From contig MU060042.1 of NCBI GenBank assembly GCA_013265495.1, positions 5,948,258 through 6,012,257 of the forward strand: a stretch of 64,000 nt of DNA. Reading direction: 5' to 3'. The position numbers were made by a program, and so were the translations under genes. Source of the stretch: Vicugna vicugna (taxonomy: Eukaryota). Below, piece by piece: positions 43,866-56,679 of the stretch. Every line of letters starts with the position of its first letter. The first letter of the stretch is position 1. A model generated the notes under the pieces. It ran no database searches. It was not told the origin of the DNA and was given only the letters and a program-made list of their open reading frames with translations.

Positions 43866-44900
43866 ATTCGCTTTCATTTTTGAGAGATCTTTTGTGGCTG
43901 CTGAATTCTCAGTTCACATTTTTATTTATTTCCTTCAGGTGCTTTTTTTAATCAAAGCCCACTTTTTTCCCCTTTTGTTTTATGAGGGGGAGGGGATTGG
44001 GTTCATTTGTTTATTTCTATTTGGAGGAGGTGCTGGGCTTGGACCCCGGACTTCGTGCGTGCTGAGCACGTGCTCCCGTGCTGAGCTGCGCCCTCCTGCT
44101 GTTCTTCAAGTTCTTTAAAGACGCTGCGTGACTGTCTGCCGGTTGCACTGCTGCTGGTAGGAGTCCAGCCGTCACCCTCACCTTTGCTCTTTCACACACA
44201 ATGTGTGTTTTTCCCCTGCCTGCTTTTATGATCTTCCCTCTTGTCACTAGCTTTAAGCGCTTTGTGTAACTGGGTGTAAATTTCCCCACATCTCTGGTGC
44301 TTGGGGTTGGAGCCTCATGGATCTGTGGGTTTATGGTCTTCAGCAAATGTGGAAAATTTCAGCCATGGTCTCTTCCAGGGTTTCTGCTGCTCCCTCAGCC
44401 GCTCCAGCTCCACGGTCTGAGGGTGTGTGGAGCTGGCCCACCACTCGCTGAGGCTCTGTTTTCAGACTTCTCCTCTGTTCATTTCATATCGTTTCTAGTG
44501 CTACGTCTTCCACAGCGTCCAGTCTGCTCTTAACCTGGCGTGCCCTCGGTTCCAGCAGCATCACTCGGCGCTGGAAGCTCGGCGTAGGGGTTTAGAGAAG
44601 ATCCTCCACGTTCAGCTGTTCCTCCGACTTCTTGAACGTGTGGCGATGACAGCTGCAGTCACCTCGTCTGCTAATTCCATCATCTGTTTAATTTTCAGTT
44701 GATTCCACTGATTGATTTTTCACCTTATCATGGGGGTGTTCCCCCGCTTTTCTGCGCAGTCAGATGCCAAGACGCTGTGAAGTTCACCTCACTGAGTGCT
44801 GGGTGTGTTCCCCTCATGAAAGCTTGAGCTGTGTTTGGGATGCAGTTAGTCACGCAGAGAGTTTTGACCCTTTTGGGTCGTCCCGGTTTTTTAACCTAGT
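43865..44900 (-). mobile_element. Host L1M continued: ORF1/5' region, antisense
   Basis: ttatgatcttccctcttgtcactagctttaagc, ggatctgtgggtttatggtcttcagcaaatgtggaaaatttcagccat and tctgctaattccatcatctg match reverse L1M ORF1/5' sequence. Confidence 0.75.
43962..44096 (-). mobile_element. Vic-1-like SINE, strongly GC-shifted copy
   Basis: ggggaggggattgggttcatttgtttattt...ggaggtgctgggcttggaccccggacttcgtgcgtgctgagcacg...ctgagctgcgccctcc aligns with the other two copies. Confidence 0.75.
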
Positions 44901-46530
44901 TCCGTGGGACCAGGACAGCCGTCTTTGGCTGATGTTTCCCACTGCTAAGGCAAACCCCCCTGGGGACGCTCCCGATGCCCCGTGGAGCATGAGGTTTTCC
45001 ACCGTGGGGCCGCCTCGTGTGAGGTCCCGGCACCTCTTCCGGGGTTTTGGGGGCGGCTCTTTACCGGACCTCTGCGCCCTGCACGCCCAGCCCGTCGTCA
45101 CCTGCGCCGGGGCGCGGCCAGGCAGCCCCAGCGCGCAGCTGGTCTGCTGCCCCCGCCTCGGGGTCGCCACTCTTCCCCGCCTGCCGTCTGATGTCTAACA
45201 CATGCTTCATGTATTTCTCCTATTTTTCACTCTTATTGGTGGGCGGGAAAACCTGGCCCCTGTTAGTCCATCTTGGCTGAAAGCAGAATTTCTGATGCTT
45301 GATTTTTCAAAGCTCCTTCACTCGGCCAAATTTGAGTCAGAGAAGTAGTCAGTCTTCCATTTTCCTTGCGTTTTGTATCTCAGAACAATAATGTTATTCA
45401 CATCGAAACTGCACATCTAGACAGAGAGCGGCTGGGGTGACCAGATCCGCCTGGGGCTCCACATAATTTTAATCGGAACGGAAAGCGTCAAACAGAGGCT
45501 GAAAAACAGCTTTAGCTGCCAAATATGCTTTTTACCTGGAGGAAGAACAAAAGAGTCGCTCGGAAGAGACAGAGGTTTTCAGTTTCCAAAAAGCAACAGA
45601 GAAGGAAAAATGTGTCTGCGTTCAGGTGGCGTGGGCCCCTTCGCATGGGACACGGCTCTGGTGTCACACTGTCACCGCGACAGGAGGCCGTGCTGGGCTC
45701 GCGGCGAGCTGCCCATGTTTCCCGGCCCGTCGCCCAGCTGTCCTCACCTGGAACGGGCTCAGAGGCTCTCAGGCCACTTCACAGGGACAGCTGCTGTCAG
45801 TCCCGTCCCAGATGACACGGCCCAGAGTAACCGCGGGCTGACGGCCCATTAGTTTCACACCCGGGAAGTGAGGTCCGCCGCATTTCAAGGGTGCTGCTAC
45901 TCTGTGCTTTCCTACTGTACCTGGAAAACAGATTAACTGAGGTTCCTTAACCTGGAACTCAGAACAACTGGGCGTTAATGATATTTGGCTGGTTCAAGTT
46001 CACTTTTAGACTTTTTAATGAGAAAGGGGTTTGCCAAGCAATTTAATCACTTAAATTAAGAATGCAAGTGGTTTTAAGGTCTTTGGGAGCATTCGTTGTT
46101 TGCATGCAAATAAGGCTGCTAATTATGAGATTTTTTTTCTATTCATTGAAGTCAGCCCAGCAGGACTTGGACTTGAAAATATACTATTAGCAATTAGTTC
46201 CTGTAACTACATATACTTGAAAGGAATAAAGTAAATTTTCTAAAAGTGTACCCTCTAATCCAAACTTACCACTAATGTCTACTCACTGCCCTTAACCTAG
46301 ATAACAACCCATGACTCGTGTGCTCAGTTCAGCCACAGTTTTCACCGTGTTTTCAAATGTGCTCTGTGTTGTTTCATCCTCAAACCTGCCCTGGGAGGCA
46401 GACAAGGAAGTCAGAGCCCCGACCCACAGAGGGAGTGACTGAGGCCCCGGGGGATCTCAGGGCTAGGGGTCAACCTGTGAGGCAACGGGGCTTTCTCACC
46501 GTGCTCGCGCTGTGAGGGGAGAGAAGCTGG

Positions 46531-46623
46531 TATCCATCCGTCATCCGTCCAGCCTTCTGTCCACCTGTCCATCCACCCATCACCCACCCAGCCAGCCAGC
46601 CACTGTCCACCCACCCATCCCCA
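46531..46623. repeat. Degenerate (CCAT/CCAC/CCAG)n simple repeat
   Basis: atccatccgtcatccgtccagcc...ccatccacccatcacccacccagccagccagcc...ccacccacccatcccc. Confidence 0.75.
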
Positions 46624-49600
46624 CTGAGTTGACGTGTCTGGCATCTCACCACACAGTGATGTCACAGCAGAGTTTGTGACAGCCCAGCAAGGCCCCGGTG
46701 CACAGGGCTGGGGCAGGGGACCCTGAGGGCAGCTCTGCTTGTTCAGTTCTGTCCTGACACCTTCACCAACTTCAGTGACCCAGGCCAGCCTGAGGCACAG
46801 TCAGTGAGCTGAGGCAGCTCTGAGCAGCTGCCTGGGGTGGGCGTGGGGCTGACCAGGACGGGAGGGACCAGAACAGCCCGGCATAAAGAGTCAGGCCCTG
46901 GCTGTCTCCCTCCTCCCTCTCACTGGGGCCCCTGGAGTTCTCTGTGCACCCCACCCCCCGTGCCTCCCCCACCCAGGTTCCGGGACCCTCCTACCCTGGG
47001 GGTCAGGGCCCCTCCTGTTAGGCTACATTCGGGTTTCCTTGCGTCTGGTGACTGCAGTTTCCTGGCCGGGGCGGCTGGCCGGGCCGCTGGCTTCCTTCTG
47101 CCCCGTGTCCTCCGGCCCTGCCTGTCACCGGGCCCCCGTCCTGGACGCAGGTGACGGATGCCTCGTGCCCCCCTCGCCTGGATTTCCTGATTATTCTTGG
47201 AGCCAGAGCAAAGCAGATGATGGAGACAACGCCTCGGGGTCCCGCTGACCTCACTGCCCCTGCCAGGAACCTCGCTGTGGTCCGGCCGGCCGGCCGCAGG
47301 GGAGAGGCCTGGGGGAGGGGTGTGCCACCCTGGGTGACTCCATCAGGCTGCATGTGGGGGATGCGAGTGCCTGGCTGAAGGGCCGTGGCCTTGAGGTTGA
47401 GAGAGGAGGGGACCGAGTCACCAGTGATGACACTTGAACTGTTCTCTGCCTGCCGTTCACGACACCCTGGATGCTGTGTGCAGGCACCCGAGCCTGACAT
47501 GGGGAGGTGAGACGTGTTCAGAGCTGGCCCAGCGCGGCCCTGTGGGGACAGCACGGGCTCTGAGTAGGGACTTGGGAGTCTTCAATCCTCGCACGCCAGG
47601 CCGCTCCGTGGTGTCCTGGCTGTGTCTCCACCTCAGGTCCCCCACCTGGCCTGTGGCTCCCAGGGACCTGCTCGGGGCCCATCACCCCCTGGGGCTGGGA
47701 TGAAGGCAAGGCGGGCGGCCCCCAGCCCTCATGCTGCCTGCCCAGCCAGGCCAGCCTCCAGGGCAGTGGGTAAGTTGTCACCACATCAATTCCAGGTCTC
47801 CAGGTGGGCAAATCCAGGTCTGGGCTCGGTCTTGCGTCTCCCGTGGACGCCGGCTGCGTGGAAGCCGGGTGGAAATCTGCACCATCCACGGAATGTTCCT
47901 AACAGGCTGCAGCCACAGGTCCCCCACCACACCCCCGGCGTTCCAGGATGGAAGGTGGAGGGAACCAGCAAGCCCGCGGGTGCCAGGTGGGTGGTCGCAG
48001 AGCTGCGGGAGGCCCGCCTGCGCCCGGCGCTCGACTTGAGGTTTGAGACGAGCGAGCTGCGCACGCGCTGGGGGTGGTGGGCTAGGGTACATTTGAGGGA
48101 AACCTCCAACAAAAGAGGTTTTAACCCCATTAACCAGATCATTTAATTCCTGATTATTCCATTAACCAAAAACTTCTGGATTAGGTTTCGATGGGCTTGC
48201 GGTGAAACCCCAGGCAGTGTCTCTTCACTGAGGAGGAGCGGGGGGCCTGCCCCCGGGGGCGGTGGAGCCGCCTGCTCGCTGACTGGGCCCGGGGTTGGCG
48301 TGGCCCCAGCCGCGAGGGGCGAGGGGGCCAGGACCAGCCCTTGGACCAGAGCTGGGCAGGTGGGCCCGGAGAGCGGAGCCGGGCGTGGGCGGCGAGAAGC
48401 CACTCAGCAGAGAGGCAGCAAGGTTGGGCTTCAGTCCCTAAGCAGGGTGCCCTCTGGCTGTGGATGACGGTCAGCACCAGCCTCGCACTGTCCGGGTCAA
48501 AGGGCGCGTCCCTGCCGCTGTGCCCCTTAGACCCTCTGGCTCCAGGACAACCGTCTGGTTTTATTCTCCACTTCTCTCCATAAAGAATTCCTCACCCCTG
48601 GCTCGGGGCCTGGCAGCCGAGGCCTGGGGCTGGCCCCCGGAGATGACACGCGGGGTCCCGGGCACCGGCTAAGCCCCTGTATCTGGTGTCCCTGGTGCTG
48701 CTCACCGTGGCTGTGTCCTGCGGGGGTCTGAGCGCTGGACTAGGCGTTACTACAAAGGAAAATGTACATGGCCCTGCCCTCAGGGAGCCCCCGAGAAGTA
48801 GAGGAGAGTGGGCCGCCTAAGGGAAGGTGGGCACATGCGCTCCTGGCCACATGCTGACCATGTGGATCCCTGCTCGTGCATGTGGGGAGTTACGGCCACA
48901 GCGAGCGAGGCTCCGGGCCCACCAGCCTGCCTCCCAGCACACAGCATCGCGGACAACGCAGCTCCCACAGGCTGGTACAAAGCAATGTTTTTTTTCCCCT
49001 GCGATGTTTAAAAGACACACCCTTTCCCTGGCCCCTGCTCTCGCTGGCCTGGCGCCCTGCCAGGCTGCACCAGCCTCACCCCTGTCTGGGGGCCTTCGAG
49101 ATGCCAGCCTTTTGTCATAGTGCTCAAACACGAGCCCCCCACCCGCCCGTGGGGTCACACCATCTGGGCAGAGGCCTCATGTGATTCCCCAGGGCAGCTG
49201 TGTGCTGGGGGGGGTGACGCACCTGGACCTGGTGGAGGCGGGGAGCCCGGGGCGGCAGGGGTGGGAGCCCGACTTACCAGAAGACTTGGGAGAACCTGGC
49301 ATCAGGGTGCTTCAGGCCAGACATGGGGGGGAACCCCTGACACCCGGGGGCCTGGGCCTGAGGCCACGATCAAGACACATGAAGCGAGTGCCTGCCTGCG
49401 GCTGGTGGCCGGGCTTTGACAGGACGGTGACGTCCTCCCTCGGGGCTCCTCGCAGGCGAGGCCCAGCTAGACCCCTCGGTGCGCGCTTTATTCCTCAGAC
49501 CCGGGGTGTTGTCTCCTGTCTCCTGTCTTGGTGGGTGAGCAACGCTGTTCTACACTGAGGCTGTGGTTTGCAAAGCAGCTTCCCGTCACTTGTGGCTGGG

Positions 49601-52600
49601 TCCTTGGCTGAGGTGCGTTCTGTCGCAGGCCTCCCGAGGCCAAGCCCCGCTTTGCCTCAGATACAGGCTTAGGGAACTGAAGCCCTGGGAGCCCGCTGTC
49701 TCAACTGGGAGCCCTGCCGCAGAGGCTTCCAGGGCTCCGTGAGCCTGGGTGTGGCGCGGTAGACACAGAAGCTGAAGGAGACAAGGACTCTCCCTCCCGC
49801 AAACGGACTCTTGGCCTCCCTTCGCCTCATCGCCTGCCACCAGCTGCACACATATATGTCTTCGGTCCACGCCGGGCCACCAGCAGCGACGCAGCGGATC
49901 GTGCCCTTTGGGCTGGGACACGGCGGCCGAGGAGGGGTGGGGACGTGCCAAAGCCAGGCAGCGGGGTTCCTGAGAATCAGAGTAACTCATCCACCAGCTT
50001 CACTCTGCTGCGGAGGAAGGCAGGCCCAGAAGGAGCTCGCGATTTGCACTCACCCAGCGACAGGCCCCCACACTGGGGCCTTCACGAAGCCCCTCCCAGG
50101 TCGGCCCAGGTGGGTGTGGCCAAACAGGGGCGGTGGGGGGCAGGGGGCGCGGGGAGAAGACTGGCTCAGGGATGCCCGGACCCTCAGGGATCCCCGACCT
50201 GCCCCGGGTCGCATCTGTGTCCAAACACCCCTTCTTACAAGGACACCACTCGCGCTGCGTGAGGCCTCCCTGCTCCAGCCTCAACTTGGCCAATCACGGC
50301 TCAGAGCCTCAGGCCCGGGGGGACCTCAGCACCTGATCCAGAGGCTCCCTGGGGGATGGCGTCCAAGGCCCCCAGGGCTCCGTCCACGCCGGTGGACACC
50401 CAGACCCGGGCTGCCCCTTCCCCTCCTCTGTCCTGGACAGAACTTTACTCTGTTCTTGGTGACCGTCTTGGTAAGAAGACTGAAGTCACCATGGGGCGAT
50501 CGATGCCAGGCCTGGTTACACAGCAGATAATCGAACACAAGTGTATTCTTCTGCGTGACCACCCCCCAAACCCTCAGTCAACCTGAGGAGAGTCAGCAGT
50601 GGGCAGGACATCTCAAGAAAGTACGGATGGAATTCAGCCCTGTCGCTGGGGCCTGGGGGCCGCATGGGGCCTGGGGGCTGCCCTGAGCCGGGGGGCCCAG
50701 CCTGTGCATCCTCCCCCCCACCCCCGGCTTCAGCAGGAGGATTCAGAGGCCGAGCCAGTGGGGACGTGTGCTCCGTGTTCTCACACGGGTTCTGGGCTGG
50801 AAGGCACAGGGAGCGTCTCTGAATTTCCGGTCCCTCAGCCCTTCCCTCTGGCTCTGGGGCTGGCAGCCGGCCGTCCCCAGTCTCCTGAGGCTCAGCGGAG
50901 CGGCTGGACGTGGCCCTGCTGCTTTTGTTCTCAATCCTCCGGTTTCCCGCTCCCCAAACACCAGGGCCTCCATGTCCACCAGAGCCACACAGATCTGCCC
51001 TCCGCGGTCCGGAGACAGGCAGCTCCCACAGGGCCTAGCAGCCCCCACCGCTCCCAGGAAGGAGAGGCCTGGGGAGGCTGGGCTCCTGCCTGGCAGTGGA
51101 GAACGTGGAAGACCCCCCACCAGCTTCACATGCTGATTCACGGCCCACGCGGAGGGCTGTGTCTCCCAGAGGGAACCCCGCTCCTTGGGCTGCGCTGCTC
51201 CACCGCGGCTCCCCGAGCACCCACACCGCAGGCGGCAGGTTCATGACTCAGGCGGGAGGAATGTGTTCTTTGGCACCTGCCTCCGAGGAGCTGGAGTTGG
51301 CACCCACGTTGGACGCTCTCTCTGAACACGTGTGCATCCGGGCGAGGAGGCTCTGCTGCTGTCACCTCGTCATGGCGGGGGTGGGGGGGCTCGGTGCTGC
51401 AGGAGCCACGGGGGTCCCAGGTGGGCCCCGAGCCCCCCGGCCCCTGGGGACCTGACTCTCCTGTTTGGTGGAGGAGTTGCTTTTATAGGATTAACAGCAA
51501 CACCTCCGCTGGGAAGGAGGGAGAAACATGGAAATTCATAGTAATTTCGCCAAAGGCCATTTGGGTTTTTGTCTTGTGACCTTAAAATTAGGAAATGAGG
51601 CACCAAATCTACCTCCGCTGTTTGGCGAGGCAGAGTTTCAGCGGTCACACCCAGGGAGACACCTTCGCGGCTGAGACCAGCGCCACGTGGGGCGTTGGCT
51701 CCGTGACTCATGTGCACGGGCACCACCTGCTGACTCACCGAGTCTGTGCCCCGCGCCTGCCCAGCCGTGGGAAACCGGCTTCTCCCGAGGCTGGCCTGGC
51801 CTGACCCTCTTCCCACCCAGACGCAGGAGCACCTGGGGGCCGACTGCCTTGGTCCTGGTCTCCTGTGCTGGGGGCTCGATGCCTAACGCAGTGTCACTGA
51901 TCGCTGAGCGAGTGCACAGACAAATAAACTACCAAGGGAACGAATATGAATGAGAAATCGCCACGAGGAGCTGACTGGGACAAAGAGGGCTGGGGGCCTG
52001 GTCCAGGCGCGTTTACGCGGAGGGGAGCCCGTTGGCCTGTTTCCCGTGTTCACTGGTGATAGTGTCTTTCCCTCACTCAGTCTTGTGAGGGACGACACCC
52101 TGGAGTCTGCGGCAGGTCGAGGCCCTGCACAAGGACGTGAGTCAGGGCTTGTGTCCCCAAGCCACCTCTTGTCCCTTTCTGTTCCCCCAGGGCCTCCGCT
52201 CTGTCCCCACCCCAAATATCCAGATCTCTCAGACCGATGGCGTCCCAGGTGCTGCTGCTGCAAAGAGCCGCTGGATTTCAAGACCAAGCTTACTACCGAC
52301 CCCCCCTCGCTCGCGCACGGAAGCTGGTGCGAGCATCCTCGCCCCTGAGCCCAGGCCACCCCAAACCTGGCGCTCCAGGATCCACTGCCCGTCAGTCCCG
52401 TGAAGACACCTGGGGCGAGGCTCCGCTTTAAGCAGGTGACTTGAACGTGCTGATGGGGGCTCTCAAGCCCCGCCAGGGCTGTCTGTCCCAGCCTCCTTGA
52501 AAGCACGCCATCCCAGGGACCTTACTTCACATTCGAGGACCCTCAGAAACTCCAACGTCAGCTTCCTTTGCTGACTCGGTAGGTGGGTCTCCAGACTGTA

Positions 52601-54625
52601 ATCATCTTATTCGAATGTAAGCACAGCTGCCTCCTCGGTTGAGGCGGAAGACGGTTCTGCCGAGCTCGGCGGCTGCTCACCGTTGCAGAGGGAACTGAAG
52701 ACCGAACGGGGCCATTTCTTCCCCAGCGGCTGTCAGTCATTTTCATGTGTCTGTACGGTTTGGCTTTGGAGACGCCGGTGAGGAGCCACCAAGAGTCCAA
52801 ACACAGTCTCCGGCCACATTCAGCCATGAGTCCCTGGCTGGCCAGGTGGACGGAACCATCTTCACGGCCCTTCAGGAGGTGCTGGGTTTACCCCGGAAGA
52901 CCGGTGGTCCCCGTGGAAGAGCTGGGTGTCTGGTGGGGCAGAGCCAAGGCCCCTCCTCCCACACCCCAAAAAGTTACTACCGATGGCACGTCACTCAATC
53001 CCCAGTGAGATTCTCTGAGAAACCCAGGAGTGTTGGAACCGCTGTTCACACCACACCTTGTTTATCTCCTGAGTGGTAGGTGCAAAGCACATTTCAGGAC
53101 ACTTGGTGCTGATGTAAATGGAGAAGCTTCCGGTTGGGTCCCAGCTCTTGAATCGACAGTTCTTTTGAAGTTGCCGTGGGGTGGGAGTGCATGGGGGCTT
53201 CCTTGTTGGAGCCCTGCCGTTCCAGGCTTCCTCCTCCTCCTCCCGCTTTCCCTTCCTTCTCTCTCCTCCTCCTCTTTTGCTGCAGAAAAGGCTGCATTGC
53301 TTCACCTGGTCCTGGGCTTGAAAGGCCTCTGGCTGGAGGGAGAGCGTCAGGCAGCGGCCGAGTCCTGGGCTGGGGAAGCTCCCAGCCCGGTCACCGGGGG
53401 GTAGCCAGGGGGTTGCTGTCTCCTGGAAGAGCCTTCCCTCCTGGTTCGGTGGTGGATTCGAGAAGTCGCGGAGGTGGGGTTTGCAGGCAGAACCAGGTGT
53501 GCTGATCAGCGCGGGGCCTGGGGTCTCCAGGGTGAAACTCCATCACCCAGAGACAGCAACCCACCTGGGGGGAGCGCTCGAGGGAGGACCGGCCTGCACC
53601 TCACAGGGCCCAGAGAGGGGGGCAAGGAGGCCCCGAGGGCGCAGGCTGACCACTGACCACAGCTGGTTCTAGAGGCCAGGAGGACGCCCCAGAGGCTGTG
53701 CCTGGTGGGGTGGCGGGCAGGATCCTCAGGAGACAGCTGTGACCCCAGTGCCGGGGTGTGCAACTCTTCGATCCAGATCCCCTTTCTCTCCCCCGACGGC
53801 ACTGGGGCCACGGCTCTCCCCCTGCCCAGTCGTGGGCTGCATGGTCCCCTTGCGAGTCTCATGGGCTGGGCCTCCCTTCTCTCTCCTGCCTGACTCTCCT
53901 CAGGGGTCAGGCTATGCTGTGGCTGTTTCTTCCAAACAATTTCCTGCAGCTCAGAACTGGGGACCTTTTTGTAAGTTAGAACTTTATTTCACATGGAAAA
54001 AAAATAAACACCTTAGAGTTCCCTGAGAAGCGGACTGAAATCACCTGGAGAATCTGAAAGTGTGACAAGAAATGGGGTGCAGCCCTGGCCCAAAGGGGTG
54101 CTCAGTCTAGTTGCATCTTCTGGTTAACTCGTGACTGACTGGAAAGCCTTTTTCCTTTTAAATCCTGTTTTAAAATCTTCATAAAATTATATCTATTATC
54201 CTCAGTAAGTAGACGAAAGCGAAAAAAAAAAAAAAAGAAAGAGAGAGAGAGAAACAGCTCTGCTTCCTGGGCGTCTTGGCCTGATTCTGCCCCCAGAGCA
54301 CAGGACACAGGCCCTGACGGTGGGCGGCTGGTGTCGTGCGCCCAGGCGGCAGGTGTGACGTTTGGAGGCGGGAACTGGGGAGGGACCGTGCAGGGACACT
54401 GGAAGCCCTGGTCAGTGGTCACGCTGCCCACAGATCCCCCGTTTGACAGCGGACAGCCACATTCTATGTCACTGTTTCTCCCGGGTCCTCTGACCTCCTC
54501 TAGAACAGTTCTCGTCTGTGACGTCCTCCAAGTGGGTCTCCGCCACCTGACGGATGTCCCCCGGCGCTCCTCTCCCAGCCCGTATGTGGCGTTCTTTCCC
54601 TCTCTCCTCTCCGAGGAGCCAGGCG

Positions 54626-54655
54626 TTTACTGAGCACCTACTGTGTGCTGGGCAC
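54626..54655 (-). mobile_element. L2 3'-end fragment
   Basis: tttactgagcacctactgtgtgctgggcac resembles the reverse L2 tail tttattgagcacctactatgtgccaggcac. Confidence 0.65.
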
Positions 54656-54876
54656 AGACGCGGAGCCTGGTGCTCCTGCACTGCTGGCCCTGGGCCTGTG
54701 GTGGGCGGTCAGGTCAGCATGGCCAGGTGGGCTAGGGGGACCCCGTGCCCTATGCCTAAGTATTGCGAGTGTTAAGTCAGGGTTACGGACTGCTTGAAAC
54801 ATGTCTTTCCCTTAACTTGACAGACGCCTTCAAAGCCACCTGGAATCCCCGGTTTTCCTGGTTCGACACGGCGGCT

Positions 54877-54976
54877 GGGCCGGGCCGGGCCGGGCCCTGC
54901 TCTCGGTCGTTTTCCTCTCGTCCTCCCCCGACTCTGCCACAGGCCACCTGTCCTGTCCTGTCCTGTCCTGTCCTGT
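54877..54976. repeat. Two pentanucleotide microsatellites: (GGGCC)4 at 54877-54896 and (CCTGT)6 at 54947-54976
   Basis: Read directly from the sequence. Confidence 0.9.
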
Positions 54977-56679
54977 CCAGGTCCGACACTGCCCTGGCTC
55001 TGGCAGGAGGACTATTTGGGGAGGGGACTGTAGAGTCTATGAGGGGTCAGATTAGGGTTGGGGCTGGCTTGGGACAGGCTGTTCTCCCAGGAGGAAGTCC
55101 TCCCGCCTGAGTCCAAGGTGGCCCTGGTCCCCGGGGACGTCCTAGGTGGAGTGGGACCGGGTGCCCTTGTCTGGACCCACCGAGTCGTCCGGAGTGCTGG
55201 CCGTTGTCATGGGTACGCGGTTCCCTTCTGCTCCGGGCGCCAAGCACAGCGAGAACTTGGGTAGAGGCACCGCCCAGGTTGAGAGAGGCCTGGTGTTTCC
55301 ATGGGTTTGAGGCAGGACCAGGCTGGGGGCTGCGGCAGGCCTGGAGAGGCACCTGGGGACGGTGGCCCCACTGTGACTGCGTCTGTCCCGTCTTGTTCCC
55401 CACCTGCCTTCTATTAGTTGAAAGCCTCTCTATCCTCCCAGCTGCCCGGTCACCATGTCGGGACACCCCTGACTCAGTCTCCAAACACAGTTAGTCAGCA
55501 CCTCCCCACACCGTCCTGTCCGCCTGGTCACTGTGGTCCCTCTGCAGACCATCAGCGTCTGGACTCCCACCTCCTGCTGTCTGTGTCCTGACTGGCTCAG
55601 AATGTGCCACAGCTCCCGGGGCACACGGGCAAACCCAAAGTGGGCTGACGCTGGAGAGCGTGGCATCCGAGCCTCCGTGTGGGCTGAAGCTCAGATGTGG
55701 AGTCGGCCCTAAGTGATCAGAAATGAGACCTGGGTTTGAGACTCACTGGGGAGCGGGGTGAGGAGAGACGGGGCCTGGGAAGGCAGGTCCAGTTCCCAGC
55801 ACCAAACAGCACCCTCCGTGGTGCCTCCCAGTACGCACTGCAAGGCAGGAGGTGTTCTGGCCATGGGGGAAGCTGCCCGAGAGGTGACCAAACACAGCGC
55901 CCAGAGTTCGGGGCTCCGAGGTGTGTATTGGTATTCCGCAGGAAGTTCCTAATTATCTGTGAAATTGAGGCTCTATTTTCAGATAAGACCAACAATGTGA
56001 TTCCACCAAATGAGCTGAACATGCCTCTTCCTCCTCCGTCCCTGAGTGGGCAGGGGTGGCCCATGTCACACAGAGCCCGTCGGCCTGTGTAGGCAGTGCT
56101 AACGGACTGGTCACCCTGGCTGGGGAAGGGACAGCCACAGCCTTCCAAGGCCAGTGTGAACGTAGCCGAGCTTCTGGGGGCTGGGGGCAGACTAGTTAGG
56201 AAGGCAGCTCAGAGCGACCGTGCCCAGTATAGGGGTTCCGGCTGCACAGACAGGCGTGTGGGGCCCCACCCGCTTTTCCTCAGGGACTTCCTCACCTAAA
56301 CCAGCAGCCCAGCTGCTGAGCTGGGTGTGGAGGAGGGGCCTGTGCGGGGCCTGCCTTCCACTGGGAGTCCAGGGTCTGCTGTTGGGGCCCTGGGGCCCCC
56401 CACGTATATGGTGAACGTGCCGCTTCCTGCGCTGAGTCGCCTGGGGGGGCGGGCAGCCCCCAAGCCAGAACAGAGGAGGGGCTCGCTGAGCTCCAGCCTG
56501 GCCTCGGACGCAGGAGGCAGGCAGGAAGAAGGGACAGAGGCCTTGGCCCCGTCCCATTTCCCTCTGTCTTCATCGTCTCCAAAGGGAGGGGCTCAGGGGC
56601 ACAGTGCCACCCTGCTGGGTCCAGACCTCGACGTGGACCGTGCAGAACTGGCTGTGAGAAGAGACCCTGTGGTGAGCAG

